Shown here piece by piece: positions 8,927-17,696 of a DNA stretch of 64,000 bases; the stretch's first letter is position 1, and each line of letters starts with the position of its first letter. The stretch is from contig JBAZRV010000005.1 in the NCBI GenBank assembly GCA_041662745.1, positions 6,605-70,604 of the forward strand, given 5' to 3'. The stretch is from Patescibacteria group bacterium (GTDB lineage: Bacteria > Patescibacteriota > Patescibacteriia > 2-01-FULL-39-33). The position numbers and the translations under genes were made by a program. Under the pieces are notes generated by a model. The model saw only the letters and a program-made list of their open reading frames with translations. It ran no database searches and was not told where the DNA came from.

Positions 8927-10276
8927 ATGAATGAAAATTCAAACCAAGCCCCAACGGGCTTAAAAATCGTGGAAGTTCCGATCACTGAGCTTCATGCTTC
9001 CGAGTATAACGCTCGGAAGCATTCCAAAGAACAGGCTAATCAGCTCAGGGAGTCGATTGAGCGATTCGGGTTAGTCGATCCGATTATCTGCAATAATGCT
9101 CCAGAAAGGCAAAATATCGTCATTGGAGGCCACTTCAGGCTTGAGGTAGCCAAAGATCTCGGCTATGCCGAAGTTCCAGTCGTCTACGTTAATATCCCCA
9201 ACATTGAGAAGGAAAAGGAATTGAATTTGCGTTTAAACAAGAACACCGGCGAATTCGATTTGGATCTGCTCGCTCAATTCGATGAATCCTTTCTGGCTGA
9301 CATCGGGTTTGATAGCGAGGAATTGGATCAAATCTTCCCGACTGAAGAAAATATTGAAATGTTCGATTTGAAGAAAGAACTGGACAAATTAGGCATTGGC
9401 GAGATTAAAGTCCAGAAAGGCGATATTTATGAGCTGAACGGTTCGAGGCTAATGTGCGGAGATTCCACTCTAGAAGCCGATGTGCTTGCGCTAATGGGCG
9501 ATGAAAAAGCCACGATGTGCCTCACAGATCCGCCGTATATTTTAGATTATTTGAAAGGCAAGACAAAAAATCAAGATGGCATTACCGAAGGCTTTGGCGC
9601 TAAGAAAAATCGAGTGTATATCGGAACCGAGGTCTTGCCCGATAATTTCACGGAATTATGGATGAATAACGTCGCAAAAATTCAAAAGCCTGATTTTTCC
9701 ATTATCGTTTTTGAGAATCCCAAAAACCTCAGGATAATCTGGAATGAACTCGAGAAGCACTGGAAATACCGCAATACGATTGTCTGGCATCTGCCGAACC
9801 GAGTCCAGGGATTTTCTTCCAAGTACAAGTTTTTCAATAAATCAGACATTGCTTTAGTCGGCACTGGCGGTGAAGTGGAATTGAATTTAGAAGACGAAAC
9901 AGAGGAATTGTTCCAGCAGGAATACGAGAATGCCATCTATGCGACCTCAGGCAAGCCTCATTGGGAATCTTACGAAGCTGGCAAGAAAATCTGTCCGACT
10001 GATTTCATTGAGTTTAAAGCGGCTGATGAGAAGTCCTCTGGGCAAGGCATCATCTTCGGCACCAAGCCGATTGAGATCCTTATTCCCTACATCAAAGTTT
10101 TGACCAAACGAGGTGATTTGATTGTTGAAGTCTATGGTGGAAGCGGCAGTACCCTTATCGCGGCCATTAAGATGAACCGTCGCTGTTACCTGATGGAGAA
10201 ACAGCCGATTTATGCCGAGGTCATCTTGAACCGCTGGGAAAGAGAAACTGGCAAGAAGCCAGTGAAGATTAACTAG
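8927..10276 (+). CDS. ParB-like nuclease domain fused to a beta-class N6-adenine/N4-cytosine DNA methyltransferase
   Basis: N-terminal ParB/Srx-like signature (IVEVPITELHASEYNARKH...GGHFRLEVAKDLGYAEVPVVYV). C-terminal catalytic motif IV (CLTDPPYILDY) and AdoMet motif (VEVYGGSGSTLIAA), in the DPPY-then-FxGxG order typical of the beta class. Confidence 0.8.
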   Translation: MNENSNQAPTGLKIVEVPITELHASEYNARKHSKEQANQLRESIERFGLVDPIICNNAPERQNIVIGGHFRLEVAKDLGYAEVPVVYVNIPNIEKEKELNLRLNKNTGEFDLDLLAQFDESFLADIGFDSEELDQIFPTEENIEMFDLKKELDKLGIGEIKVQKGDIYELNGSRLMCGDSTLEADVLALMGDEKATMCLTDPPYILDYLKGKTKNQDGITEGFGAKKNRVYIGTEVLPDNFTELWMNNVAKIQKPDFSIIVFENPKNLRIIWNELEKHWKYRNTIVWHLPNRVQGFSSKYKFFNKSDIALVGTGGEVELNLEDETEELFQQEYENAIYATSGKPHWESYEAGKKICPTDFIEFKAADEKSSGQGIIFGTKPIEILIPYIKVLTKRGDLIVEVYGGSGSTLIAAIKMNRRCYLMEKQPIYAEVILNRWERETGKKPVKIN

Positions 10277-10292
10277 CACCTTTGTTAAACGT

Positions 10293-10877
10293 ATGATTAA
10301 GAGTCCCACCAAAAAAAAGTTGCTCGCTGAATTGGAAAAAAACGGCAATGTCACCATTGCCTGTTTAAAGTCCGGAGTCAACCGAGCGACTTTCTACCGG
10401 TGGAAGCAAGAGAGTAATGAGTTCAAGGAGAGAGCGGAACAAGCTGAACTATCCGGACGAGAAAATAACTGCGATATTGCCGAACAATCTTTGATGTTGA
10501 AAATCAAAGATAAAGATTTAGGAGCGATTAAATACCTGTTAAGCCATAACTCTCCAAGATATAAAGGCAAGGAAACTAGCATGGCGGTGATTATCCACAA
10601 GAAGGAAATGCCTGAATCAGAATTTATTAGCATAGAGCAACCTGAAGTATATAATAGAGTTTGTCATGAATATGCAATTGAGCTTCAAGAAAAATATAAG
10701 TATTTGGGAGAAAAATTACCAAACAAACCCAATGGATTACCGATAGAACTTGATGAACTGCCTCTTTATGAAACATACATTGAAGATTGGAAAGAAGAAA
10801 GAAGAAAGGAAAGGGTCGCAGCAGGACTGGAGCATGAACGACAGGTTATGCCATGGATCGCGCAGAAGGAAGATTAA
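10293..10877 (+). CDS. HTH-domain protein, terminase small subunit-like or excisionase-like
   Basis: N-terminal HTH (NVTIACLKSGVNRATFYRWKQE). Lies 16 bp after the ParB-MTase gene. The charged C-terminal half is uncharacterised. Confidence 0.4.
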   Translation: MIKSPTKKKLLAELEKNGNVTIACLKSGVNRATFYRWKQESNEFKERAEQAELSGRENNCDIAEQSLMLKIKDKDLGAIKYLLSHNSPRYKGKETSMAVIIHKKEMPESEFISIEQPEVYNRVCHEYAIELQEKYKYLGEKLPNKPNGLPIELDELPLYETYIEDWKEERRKERVAAGLEHERQVMPWIAQKED

Positions 10878-10880
10878 TGA

Positions 10881-11963
10881 TTATTCCAAATGGGTGCTGG
10901 CTTTTATAACCAGCAATATGTCATCGTAATTTTGCAAAAATTCCTGCGGTTCTATTTTGTAAGTATTTTCCAATAATTCATCTGCTGTCGGTTTAAGCTT
11001 TGATTTGGATATTTCGTTATAAAAAGCATTGAAATATTTGTCAAACACTTCTTTATCGGTATGATTCTTGAGCCAGCCGAATTTAATCAAAAATGTGCCG
11101 TCGGAATAGATTGAGAATGGCGAAATAGTCGAACTAAGCTTTTTGATTATTGGCGCAAACGAACCATTGGCATTACCAGTACCCCATTTTATCTTGTCAG
11201 TATTCGCTTTGAGATATTCATAAAGCTTAAATACTTTCTCTGCTTCCGCACCTAATTTTTCTTTCGCTTGAATAAAAAAACTTTCTTCATCCCAGATTCT
11301 CCTTTGGTTAATAGTAGAAACAGACATGCCCTTTTTTACCTCTACGCCAAACAACTTGGGAATCATTATCTCGTACTGCTCGTACTTGTAATATTCCATT
11401 TGAACGGCATAGATATCGAAATGGCTATTCTGGTTGATATAGACAATCAGGTCTTTCAACCTGTCTTCAATCGAATCCATCAGAATAACGAATTTGATAT
11501 TGCCTTGCTGGAGGTTATTTTTAATGGCTTCCAGCATGTCAACTACCTGCTCATCGTCAATATTAAAAAATGCCTTGGCTTTCTCTTCAAAACTGACTTT
11601 AAATTTATTACTAACCTCACTATTTATCTTAGCGATGAATTCGCTAAAGTCGCTATGGCGCCAAAGCGAAGCTCCGTAATCAAGGGCTTGGGCCACGACT
11701 GTTCTTTTGTCGGGATTCTTGTAAAGCTTAGTTTCCACGACATAGATGTCGCCATCCTTGTCGATAGCCAAAGCATCGATGGGGCCAGACTCGGTCGAGA
11801 ATTCCCTGGCGACAACAAATAGCTTCTTGTCTTCTTCGATTTCATAGACAGGAATGGACTCGGGGTTCTCATGGATATAATTCTGCAAATAGCCTTCTTT
11901 CTCAAAGATAGACTTATCAATCCTCTGAGCCTTTTTGCCGTCTTGAGAAATAATTATGGACAT
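10881..11963 (-). CDS. hypothetical protein with putative N-terminal PD-(D/E)xK nuclease-like motif (NucS/DUF91-like)
   Basis: D-x(n)-E-x-K arrangement (GPIDALAIDKDGDIYVVETKLYK) resembling the NucS/DUF91 endonuclease core. The rest is uncharacterised. Confidence 0.35.
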   Translation of the reverse strand: MSIIISQDGKKAQRIDKSIFEKEGYLQNYIHENPESIPVYEIEEDKKLFVVAREFSTESGPIDALAIDKDGDIYVVETKLYKNPDKRTVVAQALDYGASLWRHSDFSEFIAKINSEVSNKFKVSFEEKAKAFFNIDDEQVVDMLEAIKNNLQQGNIKFVILMDSIEDRLKDLIVYINQNSHFDIYAVQMEYYKYEQYEIMIPKLFGVEVKKGMSVSTINQRRIWDEESFFIQAKEKLGAEAEKVFKLYEYLKANTDKIKWGTGNANGSFAPIIKKLSSTISPFSIYSDGTFLIKFGWLKNHTDKEVFDKYFNAFYNEISKSKLKPTADELLENTYKIEPQEFLQNYDDILLVIKASTHLE

Positions 11964-11967
11964 AGGA

Positions 11968-12297
11968 TTATGATTGGCCTACCTTAATACGGGATTGGAT
12001 AAAGTCGCTATATAGCTTTTGACCCTCAGGATCGCCTGAAGCGACTACCCCGTCTTTGTTAAGTAGGATGGTTAAATTCAGTGTCTTGGCCGGCTTATTG
12101 GCAAAATACAGATAAAGGATGCCGGGGATAATAGCGCAACATAATAGCAATAAGGCTAAGAGGCAGCTGCCTTTCTTGGCAGGAATCTGCTTCTGGTAAT
12201 TGACCACTTTGTCAGAGTGGCTGATTAGAAGCCAGCCTGAGCCGTTAACGGCCATATAGTCGATGAAGTCATTTAATACTTCGTTTGATTCGCTCAT
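11968..12297 (-). CDS. small membrane protein
   Basis: One TM helix (CLLALLLLCCAIIPGILYLYF). Its stop is 4 bp upstream of the 10881-11963 gene. Confidence 0.4.
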   Translation of the reverse strand: MSESNEVLNDFIDYMAVNGSGWLLISHSDKVVNYQKQIPAKKGSCLLALLLLCCAIIPGILYLYFANKPAKTLNLTILLNKDGVVASGDPEGQKLYSDFIQSRIKVGQS

Positions 12298-12682
12298 AGA
12301 GTTTTTGGGTTAATAATAAAGCCAGCTAAGTGGTTTTAGCTGGCTTGAGAGAATTTGCATAAACACAAAGCCCCACGCCAGCTGAGCCTTACGGCCCCAT
12401 ACCCGTTTCCAGGCATGACCCAACAAAGAGTCGCTGATCGTGGGGATCAGTATCTTTGTTGGGTATTTTGAGCCATGCCCGCCAAATGACGGGTTTAGGC
12501 TCTGCTTTCGCTATAAATTGTACTTTTATTGTACTATAAAAGGTTCGACTTTGTCCACCATACTAGCTTAAATAACAGAATCCGCGAAGTCGAGTTATCA
12601 ACAGGTTGCCTACTGCCGGGGTCTGGACTCCCAGCCGCCAGTCCGGCATCATGTCCCTTACATAAGAAATAACTTCAAATTT

Positions 12683-14008
12683 ATGGGACTAATAAGTGAC
12701 AAGGAAATGGCGGTTTTAGGGCATACCAGGACGTTTGAGGCGGTCTTACCGGTAAAGTACTGTCTTTATGCGAGAAAGTCGACCGAGGACGACGAGAGGC
12801 AGGCTTTGAGCATCGAATCTCAGGTTAAAGAGATGCTGGAGCAAGCCCAAAAAGACAAACTGAATATTGCGGAAATAAAGAGAGAATCCCACTCAGCCAA
12901 AGACTCAGGTGAAAGGCCAGTATTCAATAAACTGATGAGGGAGATTAAGGAGGGAAAATTCGACGGCATCCTGACCTGGGCTCCAGATAGATTGAGCCGT
13001 AACGCTGGCGACTTGGGCAGTATCGTCGATTTGATGGACAGAGGCATGATCAAGGAGATAAGAACGCACGGCCAAACATTCATCAACTCCCCTAATGAGA
13101 AATTCCTGCTGATGATTCTGTGTTCCCAAGCCAAATTAGAAAATGATAATAAGGGCGAGAATGTTAAAAGAGGATTGAGAGCCAAAGTGGAAATGGGCTG
13201 GAGGCCGGGCATGCCACCGCTCGGTTATCTTCACGACAAGAATGGCGACAAAGGCAAAAGAAGAGCTTTTACTGATCCCAAAAGAGCGCCGATCATGAAG
13301 CAATTGTTTGATAAAGTTGCCTATGAGGGCTGGAGCGGTCGAGCCATATTCAAATGGCTCGATGAAATGGATTTCAGAACTAGATCGGGCAAGAAGATGA
13401 CCTTAAGCTCAATCTACCTCGTACTCAAAAATACTTACTACTATGGCTACTTTGAATATCCAGTGGGCAGCGGCAATTGGTATAAAGGCGGACACGAGCC
13501 GATTATAACAAAAGAAACTTTCGATGAAGCTCAAATACAACTCACGGTAGCGCCAAAATCCAAACCAGGCACCAAAGAATTCAGCTTCACTAAAATGATA
13601 AAATGCGGAGCTTGCGGATCAGGTGTAACGGCAGAAGAGAAATACAAAAAACTGAGCGATGGCTCAGTCAAAAAATATATCTATTACCACTGCAGCAGAT
13701 TCAATGATCTTAAATGCAAAGAATCCTACATCAGGGAAGAAAACTTAACTATTCAGCTAGTCAAATTAATAGATAAAATCGACATTAATCTTTTGAAAAC
13801 CCAAAAGAGAATTAAGGATGAGATAGACCGCTATCAAAAATTCACTAAAAATATCCTAGGTGTAGATAACAAAATAAAGATGCCGGAGATAAATATGAAA
13901 GACTATGCCAGATATGTTTTGACGGATGGCACTAGAGAAGAAAAAAGAGAACTGCTTAATTGCCTGGATTCTGAATTAAAATTGATGGGGCAGAAGATTT
14001 ATATTTAA
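12683..14008 (+). CDS. large serine recombinase (resolvase/invertase catalytic domain, recombinase domain and zinc ribbon)
   Basis: N-terminal catalytic domain with the nucleophile-Ser context (YCLYARKSTEDDERQALSIESQ) and resolvase motifs (GILTWAPDRLSRN). Central recombinase domain, then C-terminal Cys cluster (CGACGSG...YYHCSRF). Confidence 0.85.
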   Translation: MGLISDKEMAVLGHTRTFEAVLPVKYCLYARKSTEDDERQALSIESQVKEMLEQAQKDKLNIAEIKRESHSAKDSGERPVFNKLMREIKEGKFDGILTWAPDRLSRNAGDLGSIVDLMDRGMIKEIRTHGQTFINSPNEKFLLMILCSQAKLENDNKGENVKRGLRAKVEMGWRPGMPPLGYLHDKNGDKGKRRAFTDPKRAPIMKQLFDKVAYEGWSGRAIFKWLDEMDFRTRSGKKMTLSSIYLVLKNTYYYGYFEYPVGSGNWYKGGHEPIITKETFDEAQIQLTVAPKSKPGTKEFSFTKMIKCGACGSGVTAEEKYKKLSDGSVKKYIYYHCSRFNDLKCKESYIREENLTIQLVKLIDKIDINLLKTQKRIKDEIDRYQKFTKNILGVDNKIKMPEINMKDYARYVLTDGTREEKRELLNCLDSELKLMGQKIYI

Positions 14009-14095
14009 CGCATAATTGCAATATCTCATTCCAATTAATAATACATCTGGTTAATATATTGCCACAGGTAGCGCTGAAAATCTTAAAAAGCTAAA

Positions 14096-15565
14096 TTATG
14101 ACGCTTTTAAAAAAATATATGTATTCCTCAATGCAGGAAAAATTCTTAACAGCTTATTAGAATTTTTGTCAAAATCAGGCAAATTTTTAATTGCAATCAA
14201 AAAATACCTAGCAATTTTCTCTTCGTTAGAGAATAATTGATAAAAATCATTTTTTATGGACATCTTTGAACCATAAGAGCCAAACTTAGCAATAAAAATT
14301 AAATAATATCCAATAAACATAAAATTAGATGTGCCATAAACCTTTTCCTTTTCTAATGACAAAACTAATTCCATGTCAATTTCATTTGCTTTTAATAATG
14401 CTCTTAAAATAAAAATTTTCTGGTATAAGTAAGGCGACGATTTCAGAACGCTTATTAATAATCGTTGAATATCAACCCTATCTATGTAATCCTCTAGATA
14501 ATAACAAATTTCTTTTGAGTAGCATGGATCGAAAAGATTATTTTTTAAAATGCTTTCCAACGGGTGGCTTAAATGTAATCTTTTGAATTTATAGATGCAA
14601 AACTTAAAAACGGTCTTATTAATTTTGTCAACTGCTCTATTTATTACAGCATCGTCCCACATTTCTTTCAGTTGATCATCAACGAAATCGCAATTATCAT
14701 CATCAAAATCGGACATTAAATAATTAACAAAATCCATAGTGTCAGAATAATTATTTTTATTGGTTGTATGTTTCGAATAATTAATTATCTCAGTTTTACC
14801 GCCATTGAGATGCAGATTTAATGGCCTCAGTAATTCCGTCAATTTGCTTAATGCCCTTCTAACGCCGATTTCATCATCCGAAAATACCCTTATATCATCC
14901 ACAAATCTATAATAATTAAATCCAGACTCGATCATGGACTGATCAACCTCGTATAAATATACATTTGCCAAAAATGAAGCACAATCATTGCCCTGGCATA
15001 ATCCAATCTCATCTTCACACCAAGTATTTAAAAGATGGCTTAACTTATCTGAGATTTCTTTTTCTGTTCCTAAATATTTTAATATCTCGATGATTTTTTT
15101 GATTTTGATATGTTCAAAAAATGCGTTGATATCGGTTTTTAAAAGAAACCCATTCGGATTATTAATAAAATTATCATTTGATTTCTTTATAAAACTTTTC
15201 CAACTTTCAATATTTTCATTCCTATTCAAAAAATAATTTTTCTTTTTTGATATCCTATAACCGAAACTGATTTGGCTTGAAACTAGCAACTTATCAATAT
15301 CTTTGCTAAATCTGTTTAGTATTAATTGAAAATACAACCTATCTAGGATAGAAATGAAATATCCTGGCCTCAATATTAAATTCGGCTTCGGTATGTCTAA
15401 TATCAATAAGCTATGAGGAGTATAATTATCAAAATCAATTTCATAAAAAATTGATGGATTATTAATATAATCACGATAATTAATGACATCAGGCCAAAAA
15501 TCATCGTTTTCATCCTTACTGATATTGCTTACGGCTACATTAATTTCTTCCCTAGTGAAATTCAT
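14096..15565 (-). CDS. reverse transcriptase (standalone, defence/Abi-like) with alpha-helical C-terminal domain
   Basis: RT motifs: TDINAFFEHI (motif 2-like), GLCQGNDCASFLANVYLYEVD (motif 4/QG), YYRFVDDIRVF (YxDD catalytic motif), LHLNGGKTEI (motif 6-like). The ~200-aa C-terminal region has no identifiable domain. The gene is very AT-rich. Confidence 0.8.
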   Translation of the reverse strand: MNFTREEINVAVSNISKDENDDFWPDVINYRDYINNPSIFYEIDFDNYTPHSLLILDIPKPNLILRPGYFISILDRLYFQLILNRFSKDIDKLLVSSQISFGYRISKKKNYFLNRNENIESWKSFIKKSNDNFINNPNGFLLKTDINAFFEHIKIKKIIEILKYLGTEKEISDKLSHLLNTWCEDEIGLCQGNDCASFLANVYLYEVDQSMIESGFNYYRFVDDIRVFSDDEIGVRRALSKLTELLRPLNLHLNGGKTEIINYSKHTTNKNNYSDTMDFVNYLMSDFDDDNCDFVDDQLKEMWDDAVINRAVDKINKTVFKFCIYKFKRLHLSHPLESILKNNLFDPCYSKEICYYLEDYIDRVDIQRLLISVLKSSPYLYQKIFILRALLKANEIDMELVLSLEKEKVYGTSNFMFIGYYLIFIAKFGSYGSKMSIKNDFYQLFSNEEKIARYFLIAIKNLPDFDKNSNKLLRIFPALRNTYIFLKAS

Positions 15566-15630
15566 ATAAACATATTCATTAAAACTGACTAATCCTTATG
15601 ATTATTCATCTTAAATTTTCGAACATACAA

Positions 15631-16047
15631 TTACAATTTCGATACTAGCTTATTTTCGATTTTAGACATAGACTTATTAAAATTTCTTTGAGTTAATTGG
15701 TGTTCCCAAATCCTCAGAACCTTCCATCCCATTCTTTTTAATTTTCTTCTATTCTTAACATCCCGATGAATATTAGCTTCAATTTTAGCGCGCCAATACT
15801 TCTTTGGCAAGCGTTTTTTCGTATTGCTAAAATTGTAACCGTGCCAAAAATCGCCATCAATAAACACGGCGATTTTTTTGCGTGGCAGGGCGATATCCGG
15901 CTTGCCCGGCGCCCTTTTATAATGCTTTTGGAAATATACGCCTCTTTTCCTTAATTCACCGAAAACTAAAAGCTCCACTTTGGTGTTCTTGCCCCTGATC
16001 TTAGACATTATCTCGCTTCTTTTCTCTTTTGAAAACACGTCTGCCAT
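15631..16047 (-). CDS. vsr: very-short-patch-repair endonuclease Vsr
   Basis: Close match to E. coli Vsr along its length (MADV...KRSEIMSKIRGKNTKVE...PGKPDIAL...IAVFIDGDFWHG...GWKVLRIWEHQL). Confidence 0.85.
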   Translation of the reverse strand: MADVFSKEKRSEIMSKIRGKNTKVELLVFGELRKRGVYFQKHYKRAPGKPDIALPRKKIAVFIDGDFWHGYNFSNTKKRLPKKYWRAKIEANIHRDVKNRRKLKRMGWKVLRIWEHQLTQRNFNKSMSKIENKLVSKL

Positions 16048-16085
16048 AATTCACTGTTGGGATTATTTTCTATTCATTTTCTAAT

Positions 16086-16125
16086 ATGATATAATATTGT
16101 CATACATGTGGATAACTCCACAGGA
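16086..16125 (+). promoter_or_regulatory. putative promoter plus palindromic operator upstream of the LexA-Dcm gene
   Basis: Extended -10 (tgatataat) at 16086-16094, followed by a perfect 16-bp palindrome TGTGGATAACTCCACA (16107-16122) ~23 bp upstream of the ATG. Read directly from the sequence. Confidence 0.4.
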
Positions 16126-16145
16126 ATAAAAAATAACTAGAAAAT

Positions 16146-17696
16146 ATGCCCACACTTACTAAGAAACAAAAAAACGTTCTTGATTTTATTGAGGGCTATC
16201 GCGATAGGAAGCACTATTCCCCCTCCCATGAAGAGATCAAGAATCACTTCAAGCTATCTTCCGTTTCAACTGCGCATCATTATATCTCCAAGTTGCAGAA
16301 GGCCGGATATCTGAAAAAAGAAGATAACCAGCCGAGATCAATAAACCTCTGCTTCGAACCGGTAATCCAGATTGATCTATTGGGCAATATTACTGCCGGC
16401 CAGCCAATCGAAGCGATTGAATTAGGCAAGGAAACAATCGCTATTCCTAGCTATGGACTTAATAGGAATAGTAGCTATTACGCTCTCAAAGTCAAGGGCG
16501 ACAGCATGATCGATGAAGGGATATTCGACGGCAGCATCGTAGTCATCAAGAAGCAATCAACTGCTGAAAACGGCCAGACCGTAGTCGCCGTGATAGATGA
16601 TAACGAGGCAACACTGAAAATGATATACCGCGAAAAGAATAAATTCCGCTTGCAGCCAGCCAACCAAAGCATGCTTCCCTTTTACCGCAAAGAAGTGGAA
16701 ATCCGCGGGGTAGTGATAAAAATCATCAGGGATTTATATAAAGAAGAGCAGAAATTCAGAACTCTTGATCTATTCGCAGGCGTAGGTGGCATCAGGCTGG
16801 GATTTGAAAAAGCCGGTTTCGAGACCGTATTCGCTAATGACTTTGAAAAAGCCTGCGCAGATACTTATAACAAGAACTTCAAGACTTCAAAATTAGTAGT
16901 AGAGGATATTAGGAGAATCGGAATCGATGATCTGCCTGAATTCGACTTCCTGCTCGGCGGCTTTCCTTGCCAGGCATTCTCAATAGCTGGCTACCGCAAA
17001 GGATTCGAAGATGACAAAGGGCGGGGCAACCTATTCTTTGATGTCGCAAGGATAATAGAAACCAGAAGGCCGACAGGATTCCTAATGGAAAACGTCAAGA
17101 ACCTTAAAAGCCATGATAACGGACGGACATTCAAAATCATCAAAGAAACCCTGGAAAACCTCGGCTATCATATCAAAGCCAGGGTTTTGAATAGCGTGGA
17201 GTACGGCAATATCCCCCAGAACCGTGAAAGGATTTACATCGCCGGATTCAGGGACAAAAGGCATTGCGATAATTTCGAATTCCCAAAGCCGGTGAAACTG
17301 ACAAACAAGGTTGCAGATCTTCTCGAAAAAAAAGTTGATGAAAAATATTATTACAATGGAAAGCCTCTTTACCAAAAGCTTAAGGATTTCGTGAAAGAAA
17401 AAAATAAAGTCTACCAATGGCGCCGCCAATACGTCCGTGAAAATAAAAAAGGCGTCTGTCCGACGCTGACTGCGAATATGGGGATGGGCGGCCATAATGT
17501 TCCGATTATCAAGGATGACAAAGGCATTAGGAAGCTTACGCCGTTAGAATGTTTTAGGCTCCAGGGATTTCCAAAGAGCTTCGAGCTTCCAGCTAATTTG
17601 GCTGATTCAGCTCTTTACAAGCAGGCCGGCAATTCAGTTACAGTTACAGTATTGGAAGCGGTAGGCAAGCAAATGATGCAGGCTGTCAGCGACTAA
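16146..17696 (+). CDS. fusion protein: full-length LexA-type repressor (wHTH plus S24 autopeptidase) fused to a C5-cytosine DNA methyltransferase (Dcm-type)
   Basis: aa 1-~195 align with LexA: wHTH (LTKKQKNVLDFIEGY...SKLQKAGYL), Ala-Gly cleavage site (ITAGQP), Ser nucleophile (KVKGDSMIDEG) and Lys (EATLKMI). aa ~200-516 carry C5-MTase motifs I (LDLFAGVGGIRLGF), IV (GGFPCQAFSIAG), VI (ENVKNL), VIII (QNRERIYIAGF) and X (RKLTPLECFRLQGFP). Confidence 0.85.
   Translation: MPTLTKKQKNVLDFIEGYRDRKHYSPSHEEIKNHFKLSSVSTAHHYISKLQKAGYLKKEDNQPRSINLCFEPVIQIDLLGNITAGQPIEAIELGKETIAIPSYGLNRNSSYYALKVKGDSMIDEGIFDGSIVVIKKQSTAENGQTVVAVIDDNEATLKMIYREKNKFRLQPANQSMLPFYRKEVEIRGVVIKIIRDLYKEEQKFRTLDLFAGVGGIRLGFEKAGFETVFANDFEKACADTYNKNFKTSKLVVEDIRRIGIDDLPEFDFLLGGFPCQAFSIAGYRKGFEDDKGRGNLFFDVARIIETRRPTGFLMENVKNLKSHDNGRTFKIIKETLENLGYHIKARVLNSVEYGNIPQNRERIYIAGFRDKRHCDNFEFPKPVKLTNKVADLLEKKVDEKYYYNGKPLYQKLKDFVKEKNKVYQWRRQYVRENKKGVCPTLTANMGMGGHNVPIIKDDKGIRKLTPLECFRLQGFPKSFELPANLADSALYKQAGNSVTVTVLEAVGKQMMQAVSD

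Noticed and set aside
14096-15630. Retron interpretation of the reverse transcriptase
   Set aside because: Only 65 bp of AT-rich, unstructured spacer separates the RT start from vsr, leaving no room for an msr/msd ncRNA with inverted repeats upstream. A DRT/Abi-like standalone RT fits better.
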